From NCBI RefSeq assembly GCF_009914755.1, contig NC_060931.1: a stretch of DNA of 64,000 bases; one strand, given 5' to 3'. A model generated the notes under the pieces. The model made no database searches, was not told where the DNA came from, and worked only from the letters and a program-made list of their open reading frames with translations. Position 1 is the stretch's first letter; each line of letters begins with the position of its first letter. Source of the stretch: the human T2T-CHM13v2.0 reference genome, Homo sapiens. The translations under genes and the position numbers were made by a program. Of this stretch, positions 1 to 19,440 are shown piece after piece.

Positions 1-858
1 CACACATTCTACTACTCTGTATGTTGATTTTATAGCAAGTGCTATCTTAGCACACCAATATCTAAAATCTCCTCTTACACCAAGAAACTGTCTTAAATAT
101 TGCAACCTCCTTACACATAGAAACTTTCTTCTGTTTGTTTGCACCACATTGCCCAGTGAATAAGGACATGGTATCCATGCAATAAACACTTATTTTTTTG
201 TATGTGGGTTAATAATATATGTAGAATTATTTTTAGGATTAATAATCTTTACTTCTTATTGTATATTCTAAGTGGTACCTTCTCACAAAGCCTATGTTAA
301 TCTTCAGTCATTCCATTGGAAACATGTTACCTTTAGGGTAAATATACTGATTGCAAAGCAACATTTTCAGCTTGCCATTTTTTACCCCAAAAATAGCATT
401 TCTGGCACCCAGCTTTAATCATGTGACTATTCAGTTTAGGCTTGTTCTATCAGGCAATACAGGGACAATAGATGCTATCTGGGAATGAAAATCAATAAAC
501 CTATATTCCAGCTTCAGTTGCTTGCACCTCACTTTCCTATTTCATAAAAAAAATGGTAAGGTCATTGTCTCAACCAATCCACAGAACAAAGTGAGAATTT
601 ACAATAATATTTTCTTATGGCTTAGGTGTTCCGGGAAAAGTGCCATGTGAACAGTTGGTATGCTTCGTCATCGTTGATTTCCAGAGAATAATAAGTGATC
701 AATCATGTTTTATTCTAATATATATAATGATAGACAAGATAGCCCAGGTATTTTGCAAATATAAGGGAACAACACATCTTAAAGATTGTATGTTTCTAAA
801 ATTCCATCAGGCATTCCAGTTCCTGGTGTAGATAGTAGCATTCATGAGAACTTTTACT

Positions 859-1146
859 ATTTTATTTTATTTTAGAGATGGGGTCTCACTATGTTGCACA
901 GGCTGGAGTACAGTCGTGGGATCTCAACTTGCTGTAATCTCTGCCTCCTGGACTCAAGCAATCCTCCTACCTCAGCCTTCTGAGTAGCTGCGACCATAGG
1001 TGCTCACCACCATGCCCAGCTAATTTTTTGTATTTTTGGTAGAGACAAGGTTTCACCATGTTGTTCATGCTAGTCTTGAATTCCTGAGCTCAGAGATTCA
1101 CCCACCTTGGCTTCCCAAAGTGCTGGGATGAGCTACTGTGCCCAGC
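859..1146 (-). mobile_element. AluJ-like SINE
   Basis: T-rich tail then gagatggggtctcactatgttg...ctcaagcaatcctcctacctcagcc...cccaaagtgctgggat...gcccagc; heavily diverged with J-type features. Confidence 0.9.
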
Positions 1147-1264
1147 TTCATGTGCTGTTTTAAAAAGAAACGTGGCTTCTCTTACTATTTCTTTTTCATG
1201 TCAAAGTTTTGCCACATAAAACTAATCTAAGAAAATGTAGTATATGTTGGTCCTAGGGCACCTA

Positions 1265-1437
1265 TTTCAGGACTTTACTACACGTTGGAATAATCTGAAG
1301 ATCTATAAAAATATTGATGCCTTCCTAGCACTCCCAGATATTCTAATTTAACTGGCATGAGGTGAAAGCTGAATATTTGGATTTTTAAAAAGTGGTCCAT
1401 GTGATTCTAATATGCAGCCAACTTTCAAACTCACTAT
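1265..1437. mobile_element. MER5-like hAT-Charlie MITE relic
   Basis: aaaaatattgatgcc...cccagatattctaatttaactgg...atttttaaaaag...gtgattctaatatgcagcca resembles the MER5A/B consensus. Confidence 0.6.
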
Positions 1438-2344
1438 CCTAAGCAGTTGCCTAATCACATTTAAGTCTTTTTTCTCAACTACCCCTTAGCTGCTGAAATT
1501 CATCAACTGAAATTCTGCTCCACCTAACCAAGATTTTAACTTTGTGAATACTTATTTTATTTAGAAATTGCAAGCCATCTGATTATGCATAACCTTTCTT
1601 GCTATGATGTGTTAAGTCTTAACATTTGGCTCTAATTAGCCTTACACAGCCCACAAATTCCAGGTGAAGCTCATTATTTTCCCTGCCCAAACTAGCCTTT
1701 TCAACGTTTTATAAGATTCAAAGATTTGATCTCTAATTTTCACATTTACCCAAAATTATTTTGTTCAATGAAGGGTCCTTCTTGTATGTAGAATGTCAGA
1801 GAGACATCACTCCCACTGAGGATATCACCTGGTTCTGTTTCCACAAGCTGTGCTTTACAAGGCGTCAAAAGCAACTGTGTGTGTCCCATTTCCTCTGGGC
1901 ACCAAAACTATCCTAATGAATTAATCTATTGTAAACCATTGTTTGAAAAACTCTTATGCCTGTGTCTTACTCAGCCTGAACCCTTTCCTTGGAATAACCT
2001 TTCGTACCCCTATAATCTGGTTTTTGGACCATTGAGTACAGGTTCATGTTCCAGGGCTCAGTTGAGACATCACAGCCACCAATAAGGTCTGTTTTGAGTC
2101 CATTTTTCTAAGGGAGGATTGATCACTCTACCCTCTAGGCACTCACTGGGTAGCTAATGCTTCTATCATAGACCTTAAATCTCTCTCACACTATCAGTTG
2201 ATCTTCTAACTCTCTTCAAGAAGCTATACAACACTCAAAAGTGAAAAACATATTTATGTCCCAAGTCTCTATCACTGTACTTGACACTGTAGGTACACGG
2301 TATGCACTGATCCAATGAATTAAATTTTTTTTAAATGATAAAAA

Positions 2345-2520
2345 CATGGGGCTTGGAGTCAGATATGGGCAAAAATTCCAATTCTGCTTCTTCTAGTTTA
2401 TTTTCGAACAAACCACGTAAATTTTCTAAGCCTAAATGATCCCACATAAAATGTGACTTGTAAGCGATGCCTTTTGGGATTCTGTGAGAATTATATAAGA
2501 TAATATCACATGCATAAATC
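2345..2520 (+). mobile_element. MIR relic
   Basis: ggcttggagtcaga...aattctgc...tctaagcct...ataaaatg...tgtgagaatta...gataat MIR core. Confidence 0.55.
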
Positions 2521-3799
2521 ATTCTCCCCCAGACCTCATCTGTGGTAAAGTAGTACCAGTGGAATTCAGGATCAATGTCATTTTTACTCTCTAAAGCTGT
2601 TCTCCAGTTTATAACGTTACCAACACTATCTCACCACACTTTAACCAAACATTGCCTCTCAGATATTTTAAGTAACAGTTTGACAACCCTTGCCCTCATT
2701 CTGTGTTGTTATCATATTAAGTGGTACTGAGCTCTTGTTTATAAATATTGAAAGCTAGAGTTTATTCTTGACAAAGTGCACACAATGAAATAAGAAACAG
2801 GTATACCACTTAAACTATGCCATTGGATCATGAAGTTAATCCAATATCTGACTATTATCAGGGAAATGTTGCTTATGAGAAGAATACCAGACAATTACAT
2901 GGCAATTGGGTGTTTGCATCTTCTATCCTTACTTGCTGCCATTCTAAATTAAAATTTACAAAATCTAATATTTTCTAGTGAGCAGTACTGGTACTGGGAG
3001 AAGAATGAGCTCCTCCCTAACCTCATCTTCTCCTACCACACTCCTGAATGAAAATAGTTATTAGAGACAGTTTAAACTTTAAATGGATTTGCGGCACTAT
3101 CATCAGGTTGTCAATTGTTGATTTGTTGTATTTGGCAATTGTTAATTTTGTAGATGACATTTAGGGAAAAGAGGAGACTGCAGTCTTAGCTTTTTTTACT
3201 AAAGAGGAATGGGCAAACTCTGTTGCATTGTCTTATATTTGTTCTAAAGCACACTAAAAATATGCCACAGAATCTATGTAATAAATATGCTTTTGATGAC
3301 TTTATAGATATCCCACAGTTGACAACAGGGCATTTAAATGGCCCAATACATTTTTTAAATAGGTACTCATTTTGGAAAGCAATATTTACCTGATTTGTTT
3401 ATCTGCCGTGAAATACAACAGTACATGGTACAATTTTACTGATACATGTACAAAATGACCAAATTCTAATCAGTTCAAAACCTTCTAATTTTATTAAGAA
3501 ATTCTAACTCTGGAAAATAGAAAATGCCAATTTTTTGGCTGATTGTATTTAAAAAGTAGTGCCGTCAACTACAGATTACATGTCTACATTTACTGCATTT
3601 ATGATTTAGCTTCTACATCTTAACTAATATACTACTTTCTTTAAAGCAAAGCCTTTTCTGAGTATTCCTCCACAGTAGGACTAGGTTAGATGCATTTCAT
3701 ATATACATAGTCATAGAATCTGGTGCATAGTAAAAACTCTATTATCACTTATCAATAAATAAAAAATATTGGACTTATTCATAGAGAGATAAAAAATGA

Positions 3800-4419
3800 T
3801 GGTGATAGAAACACATTTTTTCAAACAAATACAGGTAGCAATAATTCATTTCCAGGAGATATACACTAAAAGAAACGTTAAAGGAGGCTAGTAAAAGATG
3901 GCAATATCAATTTACACAAAGAAGAACATTGAAAAAGAATTTTTTAAAAGAGTAAGTATAAAACACATTTCTTCTCCTTTTAATTTTTTTAAAAAGATAA
4001 TTGTTTAAAGGCATAAGTTCTAAAAATGCATTTTCTATAAAATACGTATGAATATAATGAACGCCAATAATAGCACAAGAGATAAAATAGAGGAAGTAAA
4101 AATATATTGTTATGATGTTCTTATACTACATGAGAATTATATAATATTTTGAAACAGACTATGATAAGTTAAAGACATATATGATAAAAGACCCAAAATA
4201 AAGAAGTATAATAAGCAATATTGATAAGATCCCATCATAAAAAATAGATAATTAATACAAACAAGGCAGAGAAAAAAATAATTATTTAAAAAACATTAAA
4301 AACATCTAGCAAAATGGTGGATTTAAATGCAAATCTATAATTATATTGAATGCAAATGGTCTAAAATTGCCAGTTAAAAGACATAGTTATCACATTGGAT
4401 TTAAAAGTAGATACAACTC
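3800..4419 (+). mobile_element. Ancient L1M (L1MD/ME-like), inter-ORF region and start of ORF2; left part of an element split by the L1PA insertion
   Basis: aatgcaaatggtctaaaattgccagttaaaagacatagttatcacattggatt is a degenerate NVNGLN.PIKR.RL..WI endonuclease start; it continues collinearly after 13061. Confidence 0.65.
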
Positions 4420-5337
4420 AGCATTTGCTTGTCTGTAAAGGATTTTATTTCTCCTTCACTTATGAAGCTTAATTTGGCTGGATATGAAATTCTGAGTTGA
4501 AAATTATTTTCTTAAAGAATGTTGAATATTGGCCCCCACTCTCTCCTGGCTTGTAGGGTTTCTGCTGAGAGATCTGCTATTAGTCTGATGGGCTTCCCTT
4601 TGTAGGTAACCTGACCTTTCTCTCTGGCTGCCCTTAGCATTTTTTCCTTTATTTCAACTTTGGTGAATCTGACAATTATGTGTCTTGGGGTTGCTCCTTC
4701 TCGAGGACTATCTTTGTAGTGTTCTCTGTATTTCCTGAATTTGAATGTTGGCCTGCCTTGCTAGGTTGGGGAAGTTCTCCTGGATAATATCCTGAAGAGT
4801 GTTTCCCAGCTTGGTTCCATTCCCCCCGTCACTTTCAGGTCCGCCAATCAAATGTAGTTTTGGTCTTTTCACATAGTCCCATATTTCTTGGAGGCTTTGT
4901 TCATTTCTTTTTACTCTTTTTTCTCTAAACTTTTCTTCTCACTTCATTTCATTCATTTGATCTTCAATCACTGATACCCTTTCTTCCACTTGATCGAATC
5001 GGCTACTGAGGCTTGTGAATGCGTCATGTAGTTCTTGTGCCATGGTTTTCAGCTCCGTCAGGTCATTTAAGGTCTTCTCTACACTGTTTATTCCAGTTAG
5101 CCATTCATCTAATCTTTTTTCAAGGTTTTTAACTTCCTTGCAATGGGTTTGTACATCCTCCTTTAGCTCAGAGAAGTTTGTTATTACCGACTTTCTGAAG
5201 CCTACTTCTGTCAGCTCGTCAAAGTCATTCTCTGTCCTGCTTTGTTCCGTTGCTGGCGAGGAGCTGTGATCCTTTGGGGGAGAAGGGGCACTCTGGTTTT
5301 CAGAATTTTCAGCTTTTCTGCTCTGGTTTCTCCCCAC
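4420..5337 (-). pseudogene. L1 ORF1p remnant (RNA-binding chaperone), disrupted
   Basis: ORF 4939..5337 MGRNQSRKAENS...KNLEKRLDEW...EDQMNEMK then a stop; ORF1 homology continues to 4420. Confidence 0.9.
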
Positions 5338-6362
5338 CTTTGTGGTTTTATCTGCCTTTGGTCTTTGATGATGGTGACCTACAGATAGGGTTTTGGTGTG
5401 GATGTCCTTTTTGTTGATGTTGATGCTATTACTTTCTGTTTGTTAGTTTTCCTTCTAACAGTCAGGTCCCTCAGCTGCAGGTCTGTTGGAGTTTGCTGGA
5501 GGTCTACTCCAGACCCTGTTTTCCTGGTTATCACCAGCGGAGGCTGCAAAACAACAAATATTGCAGAACAGTAAATATTGCTGCCTGATCCTTCCTCTGG
5601 AAGCTTCATCTCAGAGGGGCACCAGGCTGTATGAGGTGTCAGTCGGCCACTACTGGGAGGTGTCTCCAAGTTAGACTATACCAGGGTCAGGGACCCACTT
5701 GAGGGGCCAGTCTGTCTGTTGTCAGAGCTCAAACACCGTGCTGGGAGAACCACTGCTCTCTTCAGAGCTGTCAGACAGGGACGTTTAAGTCTGCAGAAAT
5801 TTCTGCTGCCTTTTGTTCAGCTATCCCCTGCCCCCAGAAGTGGAGTCTACAGAGGCAGACTGGCCTCCTTGAGCTACGGTGGACTCCACCCAGTATGAGC
5901 TTCCAGGCCACTCTGTTTAGCTACTCAAACCTCAGCAATGGCAGACGCCCCTCCCCCAGCCAGGCTTGCTACCTGGCAGTTCAAACTCAGACTAGCAGTG
6001 AGCAAGTCTCCTTAGGCATGGGACCCGCTGAGCCAGGCACAGGATATAATCTCCTAGTGTGCCATTTGCTGAGACCTTGGAAAAGTGCAGTGCTTAGGTG
6101 GCAGTGTCCCAATTTTCCCGGTACAGTCTGTCACAGCTTCCCTTAGCTAGGAAAGGGAAATCCCCCAACCCCTGGCAATTCCCAGATGAGGCAATGCACC
6201 GTCCTGCTTCAGCTCATCCTCTGTGGGCTGTATCCACTTTCCGACCAGTCCCAGTGAGATGAACCAGGGACCTCAGTTGGAAATGCAGAAATCACCCATC
6301 TTCTGCTTCAATCATGCTGGGAGCTGCAGACTGCATCTGTTCCTATTCGGCCATCTTGGAAC
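5338..6362 (-). promoter_or_regulatory. L1 5'UTR (internal sense promoter faces left; antisense promoter faces right)
   Basis: YY1-type caagatggcc motif at the element 5' end (plus-strand ggccatcttg near 6349-6358); activity not demonstrated. Confidence 0.6.
5938..6146 (+). pseudogene. L1 ORF0 remnant (frameshifted)
   Basis: ATG GCA GAC GCC CCT CCC CCA GCC (MADAPPPA) then, in another frame, GMGPAEPGTGYNLLV, similar to ORF0 MAGAPPPA...GVGPSEPGVGYSLVV. Confidence 0.7.
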
Positions 6363-6368
6363 ATAAAA

Positions 6369-8397
<2,029 letters not shown>

Positions 8398-8399
<2 letters not shown>

Positions 8400-8803
8400 T
8401 CACTTATGAAGCTTAGTTTGGCTGAATATGAAATTCTGGGTTGAAAATTCTTTTCTTTAAGAATGTTGAATATTGGCTCCCACTCTCTTCTGGCTTGTAG
8501 AGTTTCTGCTGAGAGATCTGCTGTTAGTCTGATGGGCTTCCCTTTGTGGGTAACCTGACCTTTCTCTCTGGCTGCCCTTAAGCTTTTTTCCTTCATTTCA
8601 ACTTTGGTGAATCTGACAATTATGTGTTTGGAGTTGCTCTTCTCGAGGAGTATCTTTGTGGCGTTCTCTGTATTTCCTGAATCTGAACGTTGGCCTGCCT
8701 TGCTAGATTGGAGAAGTTCTCCTGGATAATATCCTGCAGAGTGTTTTCCAACTTGGCTCCATTCTCCCCGCCACTTTCAGGTACACCAATCAGATGTAGA
8801 TTT
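8398..8803 (-). mobile_element. Inverted ORF1 segment of a second, younger (L1PA2-4-like) L1
   Basis: ORF 8381..8596 MKEKSLRAAREKGQVTHKGKPIRLTADLSAETLQARREW; meets forward aaaatacttt at 8804 with only about 6 nt of L1 missing. Confidence 0.92.
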
Positions 8804-12694
<3,891 letters not shown>

Positions 12695-14759
12695 AAAAGA
12701 ATGAGTTCATGTTCTTTGTAGCAACATAGATGAAGCTGGAAACCATCATTCTGAGCAAACTATGGCAAGGACAGAAAACCAAATACCACATGTTCTCACT
12801 CATAGGTGGGAATTGAACAATGAGAACACTTGGACACAGGGCAGGGAACATCACAGACCAGGGCCTGTTGTGGGGTGGGGGGATGGGGGAGGGATAGCAT
12901 TAGGAGAAATACCTAATGTAAATGACAAGTTAATGGGTACAGCAAACCAACATGGCACATGTATATATGTATGTAACAAACCCACACGTTGTGCACATGT
13001 ATCCTAGAACTTAAAGTATAATAAAAATAAATAAATAAATAAATAAAAGTAGATACAACTCTATGCCTACAAGAAACATATTAAATATAAGATGCTACCT
13101 ATAGGAAACACATTAAAGATGCCTACAATAAATTTACATTAAATCTAAAAATATAAACATGTTATAAGCAAAAATATGGAAAGACATAGCATGCATAAAC
13201 TAATTAAAGAAAGTTAAAATACCTAAAATAAGATAAAATAGATTTTAAAACCTAGGATAAAGAGCTACCGGGCTAAAGAGTGACTTACATAATGTTAAAG
13301 CAGTGAACTCATTGAGAATGCATACAAATCCTAAATGTATATTCAACAAATACATAAGATATATAAAATAAAATAAGATGAACACTGATAAAAAAGAAAA
13401 TGGAAAGTTCACAAATATACTTGGAGATATCAACTCTCTTTTATCAATATTTAATCTAATAATTAGACAGAAAATGAGTATCTGAAGTCCTGAAAAATCC
13501 TAAGACCAATCTGACCAAATTAATATTTAGGGCGGCTTCTCCCAACTATTGCATAAGTCATATTCATTTCATGTGCATGTGTCCCAATATAAACCATATC
13601 TTGGGCAATAATTAAAATGTCAAAAATTTTTCAGGTTGTAATAGTATAAAAAATATTTGATGAAAATAAGACAAAAGTGAATGATAACTGGAAATTGCCT
13701 AAGTATTTGGAAATTAAATAATGTACTTTAAATAATTCATAAGTCAAATAAATCACACAAAAATATTAAAAATATATTGAAGTGAATACAAATAAAAATG
13801 CAATCTACCAAAGTTTGTGAGATACAGCTGAAGCAATAATTATGAGGAATTTTTCAACATTATATGTTAATATCAGAAAACATTAAATATCCAAATCAAT
13901 AAGTCTAATATATCCAAAGAGGGCATAAAGGAGAAAAATTAAGATAAGAGGTCAATAAAGTTGAAATAAATAACTAAAAATTTTAGAAATCAATAAAACC
14001 ACAATCTAGTTTTTTGAAAATACCAATATAATTGACTGGTCTCTAACCTGACTGATCAAAGAAAAAAAACGTACGACACAAATTACTAACAACAGGAATG
14101 TAAAGAGACATCACAGAATCCTACTGTTTCTACAGAAGTTAAAATAGAAATAAGAAAGTATTATAAACAAATTCATGCCCTTAAATTTGATAACATGTCT
14201 TGAAAAAGTCAAATTCCCTGAAAAATGCAAAATCCCAAGCCCAATTATTGAAAACTGGGTAATCTGAGTAGTCTTAACATCTATTAGAGAATCTAAATTT
14301 GAAGACCTCCCCAAACTCTTCCAGAAAATAGAGAAATAGAAAACACATCCCAACTCATTTTATGAAGCCAACATTTTCTTTATAGCAAAACAAGAAAATG
14401 GCATTTAAAAAACTCCTAAACACCAATATTCCTTGTAAACCTAAGCACAAAATTCCTTAAAGATGTATTATCAAATTGAATCTAATAACATATTTTAAAA
14501 GTAACAACCAATGGGGTTTGCTCCAGGAATCATAGTTTGTTCAACATTAGAAAAATCAATCAATGAAATTATTCATAAAACAGACTGAAAAAGAACAATC
14601 ATATGACAGAAATAGAAAAAGTATTTTACAAAATTTAACACTGTTCATAACAAACTCTCTCAGCAAACTAAGAAGAGAAAGGTTCTTCCTCAATCTGACA
14701 AGGGACATCTATAAAATACTTATAGCATCATAGTTTATGGTAAAGATGGAATGTTTTTA

Positions 14760-15413
<654 letters not shown>

Positions 15414-16260
15414 TTATTTGCAATAGCATTGTAAATATAAACTGTAGATAAATCTGAGAAAATATGTACATAATTTGCAAACTATAAATCATTGATAAGA
15501 GAAAATAAGGAATATCTACACAGAGAAAAATATTGTGAATATTGTGTTTATAAATTAGCAGACTTGATAATATTAAGGTGTCACTTCTCCCCAAATTGAT
15601 CTTAAAGTTCAGTGCAATCACAATCAAATTCCCAGCAGAATTTTCTGTAGAAATTGACAAGCTGGTTTACCATTAATATGAAAAATCAAAGAACCTAAAA
15701 CCATCTACAGAAAGAAGAAAGCCTGGAGTCTAATATTAATATTATCTTATTTCAACACATACTATAAAGACTACATTAATCAAAATAGTGTGGCATTGGC
15801 ATAGGTTATAGACCACTAAATACACAGATAAGCAAACACATCTAAAGTCAATTGTGTTTTAACAAAAATGCCAAAGCATTCCAATGGGAAGTCAAAATTC
15901 ATTCGAACAAATGATTCTGGGACAATTGCACAATGATACATAATATAAAATTAAACAAAAAATTAACCTTATTCCATAACTAGTTTGAATAATCAACTTT
16001 AAATGAATGATATACTTAATGTAAATCCTAAATTATAAATCTTATACGATAAAAAAGAAGAAAATTTTAACTTAGGGTTAGGCAATTTTTTAAAAGTTAC
16101 AATACAAAAAGAATGAGCCATATAAAAAATAATAATTTGGGTCACATTAAAATTAAAACCTGTCTTGGAAAGGCACTACTCAAAAATTAAAAGACAAAAC
16201 AGACTGTAAGAAAATATTGGTAAAACACCTATCTGATATACTGCTTGTAAAGGACCTGTA

Positions 16261-16262
<2 letters not shown>

Positions 16263-16303
<41 letters not shown>
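16263..16303 (+). repeat. (GT)20 microsatellite
   Basis: Perfect dinucleotide run. Confidence 0.98.
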
Positions 16304-16304
<1 letters not shown>

Positions 16305-18299
16305 ATAAAATTACAAATTAATAAAACAATCCAATAAAAATGTGCAAAAGATATGAACACTGAATTCATTGATGATAATATATAAACAAGCCCATAATAA
16401 GATGTTCAGCATTATTAGGGAAATGAAAATTAAAACTGGTATGTCATATTACTAGATACCTATAAAGGTGGCTAAAATAAAAAATGTGACAATACCAAGT
16501 TTCTAGCAAGGATAAGGCGAAACTGGGACTCTCATTCATTGCTGTCTAGAATGCAAACTGACACAACCACTTTTGTCTGTTCTTTTATAAACTTTAACAG
16601 ACATTTATTATATAATCCAGTAATCCCACTTCAAAATTTACCAAGAGCAATAAAAACTTGTGTTCGTACACAACACAAAAATTGTATATGGACATTTGTG
16701 TTGGTTTCATTCATAATCATCAACAATTGGAAGCAACCCAAAAGTCTTTGAAATGGCAAATGGATAAACAAACCACTACATCCATAATTAAGTGTTACTC
16801 AGCAACGTTAAGAAATGAACTTCTGATTCACACAATGACATGACTTAATCACAAATGCATTATGCCAGGTGAAAGAAGCTGGTATCAAAAAACACATAAT
16901 GTATGAGGCATTTATGTGATATTATGCGATAAGCAAAACTGTAGAAACTTAATTCATATCAGTGGTTGCCAAGTGTTGTTTCTAGGGAAGGAGGGTTAAT
17001 GAAAAAGGGGCATGAATGTTTAGAGGTGGTGAAACTATTAACATGATTATATACGTTTATTGCATTCATCAAACTGTATACTTAAAACGGGTAAATTTTA
17101 CAATATGCAAATCATGCCTTAATAAATATGACTTTGAAAAAGTGCATTTGACATAAAAATGTGTTAATAAGCCGGTCAAGTAGTTTTCTTCCCTTAATGC
17201 ACATTAAAAAGAGGTATAAATGTCCCTTTGGAGATATGTGTCAAGAGTCTCTATATTTCAGAACCAGCATCAAAGCTTGAGAGTAGAATGCCATAAATTT
17301 TCTCTGATTCAGCTCTCAGCACCCTGGAGGGCACTAAATAAACAGTCCTTGCTGAATGACTATTCTTTACAGTTCCTGCAGCACAAAGTTTAGAAACCAT
17401 TGACTGGAACGTAGAAAAAGGAGGTTACGAACTATAATTTCTGAGAGGGCAGAAACAAGGCCCCAGCACTGTATCCCAAGGCTTAACCTTCAAATTTAAG
17501 CACCATCAAGAGGAAATATAGCAAATAAATCAGGAAACTATAAATTCCAGCCTGTTTGTTCTTATTCTTCCTCATTGATAGCTCATCTCCCTGTATCTTT
17601 ACCACACCCCTCACACACACACACACACACCCCTACCAGTACTACATACACTAAAACTCTTTTTTCTCACACAAGTATAAATATCTGAAAAGAGATTCAT
17701 TTGCATTTTAAAAGGCTCAATGGATTAAGTTTTAGATACTAGATTTCAATCACATTTGAAATCACATTTGGGAGAAAGTTTGCCTCAACTCCCTAAACCA
17801 CACCTATATGAATAGCCACTCCCCTAACCATAATACAGACCACTTTCACTCATCTTTACCTTTTTACCAAATATACACTGCACTCTGGAAAGATGTACAA
17901 TGTTATCTGGATTTTAAGGGGCTCACAAAGTTAACTGACTAAGATATAGAACTTATTCCAAGTGACCTTACTATTAGTTTAATGTTTATACCTCAGAGTC
18001 AATTGACCAATTCTCCTTCGCTCTTGGAAGTGTATTTGGGAAATGTCAAGGATTTCAGGAGGCCAAATCTGGGGGCCAAAAATAACAATTTCAGAGATGA
18101 CCTGCTCAATTTGTGGTAATTGTAAAATAGACTTTCAGCTCATAGGTAAAGGGTAAATTGATTGTAAAATAAATAACTTACTAAATCACCTGGGGAGAGA
18201 AGCACATAATAACTGTTCTGCTCTAACTCCAGTTACTTTACTTTCTGCATAGTTCTCTTGCTAACAGAGAAAAAAAAAATACACGTGTTTTTGGGAGTC

Positions 18300-18455
18300 A
18301 GGCTCTTCATCAGAACACTCAGGTCAATGTTTATGTTAAAAATGCAGATTTCCAAGATGGTCCAACCAGATTGTGCTTCATTTAGGTCGGGGAGAACTTT
18401 GAGATTCCCTTAAGGATTTATTCACATGATTCTGATGGTTTGCCAAATTTGAGGA
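18300..18455. mobile_element. MER5A-like relic
   Basis: catcagaa...gttaaaaatgcagatt...tgattctgatg...aaatttgag. Confidence 0.45.
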
Positions 18456-18944
18456 ATATTTACATTATTCCTCACTTTTTCTGCTCACTTCAAGTCAAAG
18501 TTGCTAACAGCTAACATTACATGGAAGCATTATACAGATATTTCACACACATTTTGAAAGCATCTCTCAGTTGGGTTTCATCCAGATTAGATTATTTACA
18601 TTATCAGAAGAAGTACCTTAGCTTTATACATATAGAGCATAACAGCCCAAAATTATGACATACACAGAAGCTTAAGAATCATATGCATTAAAAAAAGAAT
18701 CATATGCATTATACTAAGCAATTAACTTAAGCAGATTCAATTTGCTTCTCAAAAAATATACCTATAGTACAGATTTTAACTTTTGATCTTCCTTTAGTAG
18801 AAATCCATATTGCCTATAAAATGTTTCAAGATTTTTCAAAATCAGATTTGAAATGAGGTATAGTTTTGCTATACAAACATTTGCTTATGGGAGGCTTTAG
18901 AATCAGTCCTATTTATAAGGAAATATTTTTGGCCTCACCCTGCC

Positions 18945-19016
18945 TTTTGTTTTCCTTCTTACATAATATTTTGTTTTCCTTCTTGTATAATATTTTGTTT
19001 TCCTTCTTATATAATA
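18945..19016 (+). repeat. Tandem repeat, 3 x 24 bp
   Basis: ttttgttttccttcttRYataata at 18945, 18969 and 18993. Confidence 0.95.
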
Positions 19017-19334
19017 TTATTCACATTTCTCCTGGAATCATCACTTCCTTATATTAGGAGTGTTAACACAAATTACAGAGTATTCTCATCTCTCCAAAAC
19101 TCAAAATTCTCATTTAATTATAGTTTCCACTAATTTCATTTCTAAGGAGTTTTTCTTCTCTCAGTGCACTCTCTTTGAAAGTAAAGAAAAAAAACCATTC
19201 TTTTCACTCCCTAAAATCACATCTTTCTCTCTCCTGCACACTGAACTCTTTTGCTTTGAGCAGTGCTATAACCAAGGCTGTTTGTTTCACATTCTAGTGA
19301 GGGAATTATTTCAAGATTTAGGCTACCATAGAGA

Positions 19335-19440
19335 TAAAGAGCTCGGGTTTTAAAATAAGACAAAAACTGAGTTTGAATCCTGACTTTTTCACTAATTGGC
19401 TATGTGGCTTTGGGCAAATCATATAATATGTCTAAACAAG
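19335..19440 (+). mobile_element. MIR relic
   Basis: ctgagtttgaatcctgact...cactaattggctatgtggctttgggcaaatca. Confidence 0.65.

Larger units (their letters stand above)
4420..6362 (-). mobile_element. Inverted 5' segment (complete 5'UTR plus most of ORF1) of an L1PA5/6-like element
   Basis: Reverse strand begins gttccaagatggccgaataggaacag (L1 5' end) at about 6362 and runs through ORF1 to ...acagacaagcaaatgct; left TSD aaaagtagatacaactc at 4403-4419. Confidence 0.95.

Noticed and set aside
610-831. ORF 640..831, a possible 32-nt exon at 626-657, and a minus-strand peptide LEINDDEAYQLFTWHFSRNT
   Set aside because: No recognisable homology, weak splice signals and nearby in-frame stops.
18945-19016. 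CRISPR-like repeat
   Set aside because: The units are head-to-tail with no spacers, in eukaryotic DNA.
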